Source: a virus. From it: 64,000 bases of DNA. The translations under genes were made by a program, and so were the position numbers. The notes under the pieces are model-generated. The model was not told the origin of the DNA. It saw only the letters and a program-made list of their open reading frames with translations, and did no database searches. The stretch lies in the IMG/VR virus record IMGVR_UViG_3300045988_159115. One strand, given 5' to 3'. Below, in pieces: positions 1 to 9,513 of this stretch (positions within the stretch are counted from its first letter, which is position 1; each line of letters starts with the position of its first letter).

Positions 1-357
1 GCTACAGTCATTGATATGAAAGGGAATAGTTCAACGACTGCAAGTTCTAATGCAAAAACAGTGGAATCTGCAAATAAGTCGACTCTATATAATTATTCCT
101 CGAATCCATACAAGGCAACCGTCTATCAATCACTTCAGACTGGTGATAATATGACGATTTATATTGGCATGCGAAATGTCAATATTCTCGGTCTCGCACC
201 AAATAAAGACTTTACTGTCGTCTTTGAGAATCAGCTTCTCAATGGTAAGTATAAAGGCACCTACAGATTAGCAAGTTCCATTTTCCTGTTTAATGGAAAT
301 AATGCAGAGCTTGACTTAGACGCTGTGGTTGAACTCAAGAAAACAGTTACACCTTAA
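1..357 (+). CDS. C-terminal part of a hypothetical protein whose start lies upstream of the window
   Basis: The frame of listed ORF 16..357 stays open back to nt 1, so the ATG at 16 is probably internal. The stop at 355-357 is followed directly by a strong hairpin (356-410). No recognisable domain. Confidence 0.6.
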   Translation, partial: ATVIDMKGNSSTTASSNAKTVESANKSTLYNYSSNPYKATVYQSLQTGDNMTIYIGMRNVNILGLAPNKDFTVVFENQLLNGKYKGTYRLASSIFLFNGNNAELDLDAVVELKKTVTP

Positions 358-410
358 AAATACAGGTAAGAATCAAGATACTTTAATATCAAGATTCTTA
401 CCTGTATTTT
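356..410. terminator. bidirectional intrinsic terminator between convergent genes
   Basis: Stem atacaggtaagaatc / gattcttacctgtat (15 bp), flanked by an A-run on the left and a T-run on the right. Confidence 0.8.
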
Positions 411-412
411 AT

Positions 413-3157
413 TTAGCCCTTATTCTCGTCGTTCTTAGGCTCATTATTGGACTCTTCGTTCTTGCCATTTTTGCCATTATCGGCATTCTCTTCTTCTTTA
501 GGCTTCTTTACGTCAGGAGCAAGCTTCTGGAGCTTATCCATGAAATCATAATACTTTGCCTCAGTGATAGTAAGAGTTGCACGAACGAATTCCTCAACTA
601 CCTTGGTGATTACCGTAGTAGTGGTCTGCTTTTCAGCATCATTCGTCTGTTGAGCAGTCTGCTGCTCAGGCTTCTGACCAGAATTATTGATCTCTTCCTG
701 CTTTTTAGCAGCTGCATCATTCAGCTCATCAAGATCTGCCTGAAGATCCTTGGAGAACTGCTCATAGCCTTCGCAATAATTTACCATCTCACGAATCTTA
801 CGAGAAGCAGCGCCACCAGAATAGGTAGGAAGCTTTACATCCGAAGCATTCGTGTTGTTGTAAATCATCCAATGGCGAACCTTCTCCTGGAAACCACCTT
901 TTCCAACACCAGTAACATTCGGAATATCTTTGAAGATAAACCGAGCTGTATTACTCTTTGTAGAAGTGAGCTGAGAAGGAAGAGCCTTTGCGTTAATACC
1001 ATTGATGACTGATGCTGCATGACCAATAATCTGAGAAAGATTATTCTGGTTCACGACTGTATACGGAGCCACAGTGATACTAACCTTAGAGCAGTCCATA
1101 TCAATAAGCTTAGGCTTAGCCTCTTCAAGCCATGCCTTATGCTTACCTGTGATACGGCGAGCCTTCTCAAGGAAGCCGTTAATCAGCTTCTTAATCATCT
1201 CAATAAATCTTTGGATGGCACCCTTGATACCATCGTCTTTATTGTCGCCATTCTTATTGGCGTTATTGTCATTGGCAGTCTTTGCGTTGGCACTAACAGA
1301 GACTTCGCCAGTGACACCGCCCTTATTGGCCTTCTCAGCTTCCTTATCCGGAGTATTACCACCATTAGCATCATCTGCCTCAAAGACAACGTTGACGCCA
1401 CGGTACTTCTTCTCCTTAGCAGAAGTATATTCCTTCATCAGACCGGTGAAGATATTCTTTTCTGCTTCCACAAGCTGAGCATACTCGATAATGAATGCGC
1501 CATAATCGTAGTCATACCATGCTTCAGGAATGATACTAGGATGAATATCATTTCCGTCGCCATAACCACGATCAGAGTCACACATAATGTGAGACAGGGA
1601 GTCAAGACGATCCATCAGTACACGAGCAACTGACAGGCAATAATCCTTATAAGCTCCACTGAGATTTTCCATAATCTCAATAGCTTCCTTATAGGTAGGA
1701 TCAGGCATCTTGCCAGAATTAAACTCGTAAGTCTTCTGAAGAGTTTCGATGTACTTCATGCAAGTACGAGCTGCAGTGCAGATCATTGCACAATTGTCTT
1801 CGAAACTGGAGATCTCGGCATAGAGTTCCTTAGTGGCTTCATCCGCCATATGGTTCGTCACAAGAGAATCATATGCGGAGATATCTCTTGCCTTATTGAG
1901 AACCTCAGCATAGCGTGTGACAAAAGATTGGTTAAGGCCAAGCTCATTCATCACATCATCCATGACGATATCACCGCTACGAATCTTCAGCTCAAACTGA
2001 TGAAGCTGATCTGCAATCATCAGAATCGAATTCTTCAGATTGAGATACGGAGACTTATCATAGTTCTGGCTATTGTTATCAATCGGATCAATCGCATTCG
2101 TCTTGATGTTGTAAATCTTTGCAGCAGCATTGGAAAGCTCGATTTTCTTCCAATTGATAATCTCTCGAATCTTAGGAAGAATGATAGAAAGATTATCATT
2201 CAGCATAGAATTCAGGAGATCAGCAGATTCGATGTCGTTGATATTCCCATCCATGACAGACTCATGGAGAACTGCCTGCGGATCCGGGAAGAATTCATTG
2301 ATCGCGTTGTAAAGATTCTGAATGGTACGCATATTATAGCTGTAATAGCCCATCTTACGAATAAGCATTGCAGACAGATATGCGCACAGGCTCATGTAAG
2401 TACGCTGGAAATTGAATGCAAAATACTTCACGGTATTTTCTGTCTTATAGTCAAGACTACCGGAAGAAATGACCTCATTCAGCGCTTCAATGGAAGCCTG
2501 CATATCATTCCTGGTTTGACCGAGTACAGCAATGGTACGAGTTGCAAGTCGATTCAGGAAATCAACATCAGACGGGAAAGACCGAATAAACGGAATTACA
2601 TTATTCATGAGGAATTCCGTATTGACCTTCACCATAGTAGGAGAATCGAGCTTCATCAGATCACGAGTATCATTGATGACAAGCGTGGTCTTAACCAGCT
2701 GCTTCTTTACTTTCTCCTTGTAAACAGAGGAGACAACCTCTTTATCAATGTCAGATTTCTTCTTCTTACCTGCAATAATATCACGACTATATGCATCAAA
2801 GAACTGAGGAACGAGAGCAAGATATTCGGGACGAATCTTCTCGATCTCATTAACATCCTGAAGAGCAATCGTGATATTCTTATCAGCAAGAGACTCTGAA
2901 GCATAGATGGTTGAGAAAAACGTATTAAGATACGAATAATCCATCGCACGCATTGCATTCAGATTTTCCGTACCTTTTGCAATATACTGGGAATAGATGG
3001 AGCCGTCTGCATAAGCAGAAGCTACCTTAAGATCCCACGTAGATCCTTCCGTAAGAACTGAGTTCATATTGGAAACGAAACTGCGTGATTCAAAATCCGT
3101 AAGTGCTTTCTTGTAGTCAAGCACGAACGAATTTAATACACGGAGACCGCTATCCAT
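413..3157 (-). CDS. large hypothetical (probably virion) protein carrying a C-terminal module of the helical paralog family
   Basis: 914-aa ORF with SD AAGGAGGG just upstream of the ATG at 3157. Residues ~640-670 (GAIQRFIEMIKKLINGFLEKARRITGK) match the amphipathic-helix signature of the paralog family. Has an N/K/D/G-rich low-complexity insert and tail. Confidence 0.8.
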   Translation of the reverse strand: MDSGLRVLNSFVLDYKKALTDFESRSFVSNMNSVLTEGSTWDLKVASAYADGSIYSQYIAKGTENLNAMRAMDYSYLNTFFSTIYASESLADKNITIALQDVNEIEKIRPEYLALVPQFFDAYSRDIIAGKKKKSDIDKEVVSSVYKEKVKKQLVKTTLVINDTRDLMKLDSPTMVKVNTEFLMNNVIPFIRSFPSDVDFLNRLATRTIAVLGQTRNDMQASIEALNEVISSGSLDYKTENTVKYFAFNFQRTYMSLCAYLSAMLIRKMGYYSYNMRTIQNLYNAINEFFPDPQAVLHESVMDGNINDIESADLLNSMLNDNLSIILPKIREIINWKKIELSNAAAKIYNIKTNAIDPIDNNSQNYDKSPYLNLKNSILMIADQLHQFELKIRSGDIVMDDVMNELGLNQSFVTRYAEVLNKARDISAYDSLVTNHMADEATKELYAEISSFEDNCAMICTAARTCMKYIETLQKTYEFNSGKMPDPTYKEAIEIMENLSGAYKDYCLSVARVLMDRLDSLSHIMCDSDRGYGDGNDIHPSIIPEAWYDYDYGAFIIEYAQLVEAEKNIFTGLMKEYTSAKEKKYRGVNVVFEADDANGGNTPDKEAEKANKGGVTGEVSVSANAKTANDNNANKNGDNKDDGIKGAIQRFIEMIKKLINGFLEKARRITGKHKAWLEEAKPKLIDMDCSKVSITVAPYTVVNQNNLSQIIGHAASVINGINAKALPSQLTSTKSNTARFIFKDIPNVTGVGKGGFQEKVRHWMIYNNTNASDVKLPTYSGGAASRKIREMVNYCEGYEQFSKDLQADLDELNDAAAKKQEEINNSGQKPEQQTAQQTNDAEKQTTTTVITKVVEEFVRATLTITEAKYYDFMDKLQKLAPDVKKPKEEENADNGKNGKNEESNNEPKNDENKG

Positions 3158-3171
3158 TGGATATCCCTCCT

Positions 3172-4389
3172 TTACGATCTTTTAATCTCAACAAATGCAG
3201 ACGGGGTTTTCACCTTGATAACTGTAGCAAGACGAAGGGCCGCTCTCTGATATGCAGGATCACTGTCAAGGCCGTCTTTACTTGTATGAAAATCGTCACA
3301 CTGACTCAGGAAATTTGAATAGTTTGCCTTCATGTCATCAAGACCATCTACGTAACTATAGAGATTATCCGAGATCGTTCGATATTTTGTAATATAATCC
3401 GCTCTAGCAGCGCTGTACTCTTTATCATCAGCATGCTTAATTGCGGCGTCAAGTAATGCAGATGCAGCACTATTATACGCTTTAACTGCATCAGCAGCAT
3501 CCTGCCTTGCCTTAGTATCAGCTTCAGAATTGACTTCATTCACAGCCGCATCTGTCTTCTTAGCTTGCTTCTTCAACTCAGCAGCTTTATTTTTCAACTC
3601 ATCTGCGGCTGCATCTTGCTCCTGATCAATACCTACGATAACTTTGAGAGCGTTCGTGAGAATTTTCACTTGCGTACTGATACTCTTTGGGTTTTTGCCG
3701 GCTTTGGTAGTAGCGTCCTTGATCTCTTCCGCGCTTTTACGAAGATCATCTGCCAGTTTTTTATTTTCGGTTCGAAAATTATTGATATTACTAGCAAGCT
3801 TCATAGCACCGCTAATGGTAAGTGATGCAATAGCAGCATTTTTAGCGCCGTTAACAAATTTCTTTGTTGCGTCGTTAAACTTTTCTATTGCACTTTCATT
3901 ATCAATCTTGCCCTGATCGAGCATATTGATCAGACCAACGATGTCGTTCTTATAAGCAGCAACGTCGTGCTTTGTGAACCATTCCTTCTTAATACCCTTC
4001 ACGATGGTATTCTTCAGTTCAGGATTCTCTGCAATGATCTTATTGACAGCCTTTGTATCGGCGTCAATATCTCGCTGCTTACCAGTAATGGCTGCACCGA
4101 TATCCTTAATGAAATCAGTGATCTTCTTGATAAGATCAGAGATTGCCTTACCGATCTTTGCAAAGAAATTATCTTCTGCAGTATCAGCTTTCTTCACAAT
4201 AGGATCCTTCTTCTTACCAAAAAGACTTGCTTCGAAGAAAGAATTAAGGTATGCATCCCGCTGACTCTTTCGGAGAAGGTAATCAGCTTCAATGCAAGCA
4301 CGTTCACATTCGTCGCATGCTTCGAAAACCAGGTCATACGTCAGATACTGATTAATGTACGACTGATCAGTTTTCACCATATTAAACAC
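3172..4389 (-). CDS. helical paralog family member A (function unknown)
   Basis: 405 aa, SD AAAGGAAGGTG. N-terminal acidic helix YDLVFEACDECERACIEADYLL, signature FFAKIGKAISDLIKKITDFIKDIGAAITGK, small-residue hydrophobic segment AKNAAIASLTISGAMKLA. Confidence 0.85.
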   Translation of the reverse strand: MFNMVKTDQSYINQYLTYDLVFEACDECERACIEADYLLRKSQRDAYLNSFFEASLFGKKKDPIVKKADTAEDNFFAKIGKAISDLIKKITDFIKDIGAAITGKQRDIDADTKAVNKIIAENPELKNTIVKGIKKEWFTKHDVAAYKNDIVGLINMLDQGKIDNESAIEKFNDATKKFVNGAKNAAIASLTISGAMKLASNINNFRTENKKLADDLRKSAEEIKDATTKAGKNPKSISTQVKILTNALKVIVGIDQEQDAAADELKNKAAELKKQAKKTDAAVNEVNSEADTKARQDAADAVKAYNSAASALLDAAIKHADDKEYSAARADYITKYRTISDNLYSYVDGLDDMKANYSNFLSQCDDFHTSKDGLDSDPAYQRAALRLATVIKVKTPSAFVEIKRS

Positions 4390-4445
4390 CTTCCTTTGTA
4401 TTAGATTTTGTTAGGAGTATTAAAGATGTGTTTTCACGCCATATC

Positions 4446-4628
4446 TTACGAGGCAATATCATTCCAAATAATCATCAGAGATATTCCTCGTTCTGAGTCA
4501 CTTACTTCTTCTTCACTGATATATGAGCATTTCATGCATCCATACCAGATGTCTATATATCCAGTTTTATTATTCAACTTACTACATTTATAAACTCTAT
4601 TGGATTTACACATGGGGCACTCTCTCAT
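4446..4628 (-). CDS. small Cys4 zinc-ribbon protein
   Basis: 60 aa with CPMC...(22)...CMKC. SD AAGGAG about 10 nt upstream of the ATG. Sits inside the paralog cluster. Confidence 0.6.
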   Translation of the reverse strand: MRECPMCKSNRVYKCSKLNNKTGYIDIWYGCMKCSYISEEEVSDSERGISLMIIWNDIAS

Positions 4629-4662
4629 AACACAGCCACTCCTTATTTTTTCGATGTGTGTA

Positions 4663-4711
4663 TTGATACATGAAGCACAAACGGCTTATACGAATGTGCT
4701 TCATGTATCAA
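4663..4711 (-). other. strong stem-loop without a U-run (processing, stability or attenuator element?)
   Basis: 16-bp perfect stem ttgatacatgaagcac / gtgcttcatgtatcaa in the spacer between 4789..5694 and 4446..4628. No T-run on either strand. Confidence 0.5.
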
Positions 4712-4788
4712 TGTAAGATTAGAATAGATTCTTAGCGTCTTTAGCAAAATCGTTTGCTTTACGCGCAGTATTTGCTCCTTGAATAGCT

Positions 4789-5694
4789 CTATGCATAAAA
4801 TCTGTCACTGACGATTTTTTTACCATCAGGATTTGCGCCATTCATAGCAGCATTGATCACGCCAGCATTCTTATAGACACCTTTCATAAAACTACCTTTT
4901 GTCACAGAAACATTACCAGCAGCATCTACTTTGAAGAACGAAGTGATATTATTGATAAGCCCCTGCCCAACAGCAACCAAATCTTTCTGCTTTCTGCAAA
5001 GAAGATTTACTTTCATTCGATGGAAGACGCCATCACGAGCGTAACTGTCGACCTTCTTCTTAAACTTTGCAGCTTCCTTATCACCAACAGAATCTGCAAT
5101 CGACTGAAGTAAGCCATTTTCAGATTCCAGAGCTTTCTGAATGGCTTTTGCTGCAACCATATTACGATCAGCAAGTTCAAGAGCAGCTTGAAGCGTCATC
5201 GTAGTAACTCCAGCAGATGCTCCACCCTTTGCCGCTTTCTTCAGATTTCGGAGGGTGCCATTCAATTCAGCCATTACAGCTTCTGCTTCATCAGCACTAC
5301 CACCGCTACGATAGATCTTATCAATGCGAGAGATAGCATTGTCGTACTGCTTTTCGTATTCCCTAAAGTCGGAAACACGAATCTTTTTTCCAGCATATCT
5401 CTTATCTTTTGCTGCCTTCTGCTTAAAAGCATTGAACTTGGCACGCTGATCTCTTGACATAAATGCTTCTTGAATGAAGTTCACTACAGCACCAATTGAA
5501 TTCTTTACCAGATTGATAAGAGACTGGATAGCGTTCTTAATCGCATTTAAAGCGCCACCACCAGCTTTTTCATTATTGGCATTTGCTTCTTTGGCTTTAT
5601 CCGTAGCTTCCATGATAGCATCGAGATCAGAGATTTCTACGTATTGATCAAGATAATCATATGCTTCTGCTAAGAAGAATAAAGATTCATCCAT
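4789..5694 (-). CDS. helical paralog family member B
   Basis: 301 aa, SD GAAAGGAAGG. N-terminus DESLFFLAEAYDYLDQYVEISDLDAIMEA, signature ALNAIKNAIQSLINLVKNSIGAVVNFIQEAF, hydrophobic segment GGASAGVTTMTLQAALELA. Confidence 0.85.
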   Translation of the reverse strand: MDESLFFLAEAYDYLDQYVEISDLDAIMEATDKAKEANANNEKAGGGALNAIKNAIQSLINLVKNSIGAVVNFIQEAFMSRDQRAKFNAFKQKAAKDKRYAGKKIRVSDFREYEKQYDNAISRIDKIYRSGGSADEAEAVMAELNGTLRNLKKAAKGGASAGVTTMTLQAALELADRNMVAAKAIQKALESENGLLQSIADSVGDKEAAKFKKKVDSYARDGVFHRMKVNLLCRKQKDLVAVGQGLINNITSFFKVDAAGNVSVTKGSFMKGVYKNAGVINAAMNGANPDGKKIVSDRFYA

Positions 5695-5722
5695 TTCAGA
5701 TGCCTTCCTTTCTTATAAAATA

Positions 5723-5766
5723 AACGTGAGTGAGTGACTAGAATATTTCTTTCACTCACTCACGTT
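5723..5766 (-). terminator. intrinsic terminator after 5776..6936
   Basis: 15-bp stem aacgtgagtgagtga / tcactcactcacgtt, followed on the minus strand by TATTTTAT. Confidence 0.75.
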
Positions 5767-5775
5767 ATGAGAGTT

Positions 5776-6936
5776 TTACAGAGTACGAATCTTGGACATC
5801 AGGCGATTCACTACAACATTATCGCTGTAGTCGTTGGTGGACTCGAAAGTCTCCACACCGGCCAGTGCAGCCAGATAATGATCAGACTCACACTGACTAC
5901 CACACTCCTCAGCGTCGCCGCCGAAATTTGTGTCGTCCAGAGTAGAATCATCGTCAGCATCCAGATCATCGTCATCATAGCCCAGACCAGAGGTCAGAGC
6001 ATCGTTACCGACAATACTGAATGCATCGTCAATATCAACATCCTCATTGGAAGAATCGTCAGAATCAAAGTTCTGCTTCTGCTTCATCAGCTCTTCCATC
6101 TTCTTATCGGACTCATCGGTTGACTCCTTGGTAACCTTATCAGGATTTTCCTTCTTAAAGCCACCAATAGCAGCAGAGATGCTGGTGATCATACCAGCAA
6201 CGCAGCGATGATAGTCGTTCTGTGCAGTCTTGCAGAAATGAACGATGGCGTTTGCAATCTGGTTTGCAACATTGGCGTTACCCTTAGTTGCATCCTTCTT
6301 AGCATCATCACATGCGGTAAGAGCAGTCTTCTCGTGATCCTTCAGAGTAGAATTGGCAACGCTGAGCAGCTTCTTTGCCTGAGAGATTGCGTCAGAGACA
6401 GTCATCTTGATCGCATTGGACGCACCGATGGTGTCCTCATGCTTATCATCATACTTCTTCACGACAGCTGCAACGTCATCCGCAGTAACTTCCTGATTAC
6501 CACGGAACTTTGCCAGAAGCTTATTGATAGACTTCATGGCATCGTCATACAGCTCGGTCTCGCTCTTATAGTTCTCGACCATGATCTTCTTATGAGAAAC
6601 CAGAGGCATCAGCTTAACCTTCTTCTCAAGAGCGTCAAGCTTACCATCCTGATTCACACGGTTCAGAAGATCCATCAGGCGATCACGGCAGTCGGAATAA
6701 AACTTCACGACAGCCTCACGGAGCTTATCCAGAGCCTTCTGAATATTCTCAACGAAATCACTCTCAGCTGCTTCGTACAGCATGGAGAGCTCATCATCAG
6801 TACCATGTTCCTTCATAACCTTCAGCTCAGCTTCACGAAGGTTAATGTTGTACTGACGATTGGCCGCTTCGGTAATAGCGTTCAGCTTCATCGAAGCGAT
6901 ATCAAAAGCACTATTGGCTTCAGTTAAGATACCCAT
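5776..6936 (-). CDS. helical paralog family member C (acidic C-terminus)
   Basis: 386 aa, SD AAGGAG. Signature SDFVENIQKALDKLREAVVKFYSDCRDRL, hydrophobic segment CVAGMITSISAAIGGF, D/E-rich tail. Confidence 0.85.
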   Translation of the reverse strand: MGILTEANSAFDIASMKLNAITEAANRQYNINLREAELKVMKEHGTDDELSMLYEAAESDFVENIQKALDKLREAVVKFYSDCRDRLMDLLNRVNQDGKLDALEKKVKLMPLVSHKKIMVENYKSETELYDDAMKSINKLLAKFRGNQEVTADDVAAVVKKYDDKHEDTIGASNAIKMTVSDAISQAKKLLSVANSTLKDHEKTALTACDDAKKDATKGNANVANQIANAIVHFCKTAQNDYHRCVAGMITSISAAIGGFKKENPDKVTKESTDESDKKMEELMKQKQNFDSDDSSNEDVDIDDAFSIVGNDALTSGLGYDDDDLDADDDSTLDDTNFGGDAEECGSQCESDHYLAALAGVETFESTNDYSDNVVVNRLMSKIRTL

Positions 6937-6971
6937 AGTATTACAACTCCTTTATCTTAGATTTAGTAGCT

Positions 6972-6995
6972 AAAACTTAGCTAATTGTTTTTTGG
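6972..6995 (-). promoter_or_regulatory. candidate phage promoter, class I (AACA-N6-TA core)
   Basis: Minus-sense CCAAAAAACAATTAGCTAAGTTTT. The TA lies ~42 nt upstream of the ATG at 6936. Confidence 0.55.
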
Positions 6996-7000
6996 CGGCA

Positions 7001-7975
7001 TTAATATGCGCCGTGATGATCAACGTTATACTTTCCAGCCTTCTGTCCAGAAGTCGCAAGCATTCCTTCGTACTTTTTGATCTGCGCATCAAGCTTAGCA
7101 ATCTTATGCTTAACCTGAGCTCGTCCAGCAGCATTATAAGCTTTAGAATAATTGCTATTATTCCCAAGGTTAGAAACACTGCGAATTGCAGACCTAACAA
7201 CTCCGTTTTGACTACGAAGACTGTTGCGCTGCTGCTTAAGGTTATTAAGTGTCTCAACAATTTGCTCGCGGGTCATACCGCCGACGTCGGCGGCATGCTT
7301 ATCGAGAGCATCCTGGTATTTCGGATCTGTGTTTGTACCAAGGATGCAAGAAACAACAGTACCAAGACGAGACATGATACCACTGTATTCCTTTACATAC
7401 TTCTTGGCGTCATCCATATTCTTACCAGCTTTTTCGCCTTCTTCGATCTGCTCCTTAAAACGGTTCAGATCATCATCGACAGTACCCATGTACTCTCGAA
7501 TAGCACGAATCGTATCACCAGCTGTGGACGCTTTCAGAATGAAATTACCAGCAGCTGTAGCTACGGCTGCACCAGCAGCAACTCCAGCAACAACACCTTT
7601 ATGACCAGTAAGGCACTGAGTAATCTGCTTAGCCAGATCCTTACCACGCTGCATCAAAGCTTTCGGATTGTGCTCAAGCTTGATGTCTTCCTTCGGAGCT
7701 TCTTCCAAAGGCTTACCGGTAATCTTAGAAATAAGATTTCGGACGAACTTCTGAATTGCTTCAATCATTCGAACGAAAATATTCTTCTTCTTACCGGTTG
7801 TCTCTTCTGCTTCAGCAAGATACAGCTCAGTGGCTTCTTCCATGATGGCATTTTCCAAAACCATCTTGTTATGAATTCGACGGAGATTCAGATCATGCTC
7901 AATGCAAGCCTGCTCATAAGCAACATCGAAATGCATCATCCGATTCTCAAATTCCAGAATAGTCATATCCGTCAT
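7001..7975 (-). CDS. helical paralog family member D
   Basis: 324 aa, SD AGGAGG. N-terminus ILEFENRMMHFDVAYEQACIEHDL, signature NIFVRMIEAIQKFVRNLISKITGK, Gly/Ala zipper-like segment GVVAGVAAGAAVATAAGNFIL. Confidence 0.85.
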   Translation of the reverse strand: MTDMTILEFENRMMHFDVAYEQACIEHDLNLRRIHNKMVLENAIMEEATELYLAEAEETTGKKKNIFVRMIEAIQKFVRNLISKITGKPLEEAPKEDIKLEHNPKALMQRGKDLAKQITQCLTGHKGVVAGVAAGAAVATAAGNFILKASTAGDTIRAIREYMGTVDDDLNRFKEQIEEGEKAGKNMDDAKKYVKEYSGIMSRLGTVVSCILGTNTDPKYQDALDKHAADVGGMTREQIVETLNNLKQQRNSLRSQNGVVRSAIRSVSNLGNNSNYSKAYNAAGRAQVKHKIAKLDAQIKKYEGMLATSGQKAGKYNVDHHGAY

Positions 7976-7990
7976 TGGGATTACCTCCTA

Positions 7991-9328
7991 TTACATAGAA
8001 TCAAGAATCTTCAGCATATCGTCGATACGCTCATCGTCCGACTTCAGGAAATAGCTTGTGTCAGACTTCGGCATCATATCGGTGCTCTCAAAGAACTGAG
8101 AGTATACCGTATCGTCATCAAGGTCTGAAGATGCTGACTCGGTCTTATGCCCAACACCAAGTCGATTTGCAACCTGGCTAAAAAGACCTTCTTTTGGAGC
8201 ATGTGAATCGTGAGGGATCTTATTCAGTGCGTCCCTAAGCTTTGCGATAATGGGAGAAGCTTCCTTAGGAGTTGCCTTGGAAATTGCTTCGTCGCAATCG
8301 CTAATAAAGCTTGTGCAATTGAATCCCTCAACATTGACGGTGCTAGAAATATCCTGAAGAGCAGTTTTCGCTGTTTCATACGGAGTTTTGAGACGAGTCT
8401 TAATTGCGTCAGTCTTAGCACCACAAAGCTGAGTGGTCTTACTGAGAAGAGTGTTTGCCTTAGCGTAAACATCGCTTGCAGACGCATTAGCCTTTTTCTC
8501 AGCGTCCTTAGCAGCTTTTGCCTCTTCATGCTTTTTCGCAGCAGCTTCGATATTCTTTCCAATACCAGGAATATGCTTACCAATTGATGTTGCGAAGCCA
8601 CTTACTTTTGTAGTCATAGATTGGAGGGTGCCCAGGATGCCGCCGAGATCGACACCGGTATTCTCAGCAATTGCCTCAGAAAAACGCTGAACGACCTTGG
8701 TAAAGTCGAATGCCTTGCGAATGCCATTTGCCACAGTACCAACAGTCACAACAGTTGCTGTAGGAATTGCAAACACCATCATGAGACTTGTGCACGCATC
8801 CAGAAAGCGATCAATGAGCGGAGTATGGTTCGTGTTATGAACACGCTGCTTGCCATAGTCAACCTTCAGATTAACCTTGATACCTTTCTTAGAAAGATTA
8901 TCAACGTCCTTCATCAGGCGCTTTGCGTAAGCAGGAGTCATAAGATTGGAACACTTATCCATTTCCTTAACTGCTTTATCGACATCAATAGGAGCCTTGA
9001 CACCCTGAGGGTTTGCTTCCTCAGCAGCCTTTACATCAGCTTCCTTCGGCTGAAGATTAAAGATTGCAGAGATGATGCCCTGAAGCCACTTGTAGAACTT
9101 ATCCCAAACCTGCTTGATCTTTGCTGTGAAATCGTTTGCTTCCTCAGTATACATCTGAGTCATAGCATCCATATCATAGTCTTCTGATTCGAACTTGAAA
9201 TCCAGATCAGCCAGATTCAGCTTATGAGTGGCATTTGCACTTTCGATCATGTAGTCGATATCAGCCATGACATTGTCTGCCTTGGCTTCCTCGATCTCCA
9301 TGACACGTGAATACTCACTAAAAGTCAT
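7991..9328 (-). CDS. helical paralog family member E
   Basis: 445 aa, SD AAGGAGG. N-terminus SRVMEIEEAKADNVMADIDYMIESA, signature DFTAKIKQVWDKFYKWLQGIISAIFNL, hydrophobic segment LMMVFAIPTATVVTVGTVANG. Confidence 0.85.
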   Translation of the reverse strand: MTFSEYSRVMEIEEAKADNVMADIDYMIESANATHKLNLADLDFKFESEDYDMDAMTQMYTEEANDFTAKIKQVWDKFYKWLQGIISAIFNLQPKEADVKAAEEANPQGVKAPIDVDKAVKEMDKCSNLMTPAYAKRLMKDVDNLSKKGIKVNLKVDYGKQRVHNTNHTPLIDRFLDACTSLMMVFAIPTATVVTVGTVANGIRKAFDFTKVVQRFSEAIAENTGVDLGGILGTLQSMTTKVSGFATSIGKHIPGIGKNIEAAAKKHEEAKAAKDAEKKANASASDVYAKANTLLSKTTQLCGAKTDAIKTRLKTPYETAKTALQDISSTVNVEGFNCTSFISDCDEAISKATPKEASPIIAKLRDALNKIPHDSHAPKEGLFSQVANRLGVGHKTESASSDLDDDTVYSQFFESTDMMPKSDTSYFLKSDDERIDDMLKILDSM

Positions 9329-9416
9329 AGGATTTACCTCCTTAGTTATTTAAATTAGTTTCTTTAGTAATGAAAAGCTTGAGCCTTCATTAGCTAAAGA
9401 ATAACTATCATAGCTC

Positions 9417-9444
9417 AAACTTTAACTCATTGTTTTCAAGGCTA
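9417..9444 (-). promoter_or_regulatory. candidate phage promoter, class I
   Basis: Minus-sense AGCCTTGAAAACAATGAGTTAAAGTTTG, immediately downstream (minus sense) of terminator 9463-9506 and ~90 nt upstream of the ATG at 9328. Confidence 0.55.
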
Positions 9445-9462
9445 TCTCTATACTACAAAGGA

Positions 9463-9506
9463 AAAGGCTATACCCATAGGTATAAAATCTATGAGTATAG
9501 CCCTTT
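9463..9506 (-). terminator. intrinsic terminator after 9514..10224
   Basis: Stem ggctatac / gtatagcc extended by A/T pairs. Minus strand continues TTTTCCTTTG. Confidence 0.65.
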
Positions 9507-9513
9507 ATTTGTA

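Noticed and set aside
4390-4445. CTAACAAAATCTAAT upstream of 3172..4389 as a further class I promoter copy.
   Set aside because: The AACA-N6 position is followed by AA instead of TA, the CCTGAAA arm is missing, and the element sits only ~25 nt from the ATG. It is probably chance similarity in AT-rich sequence.
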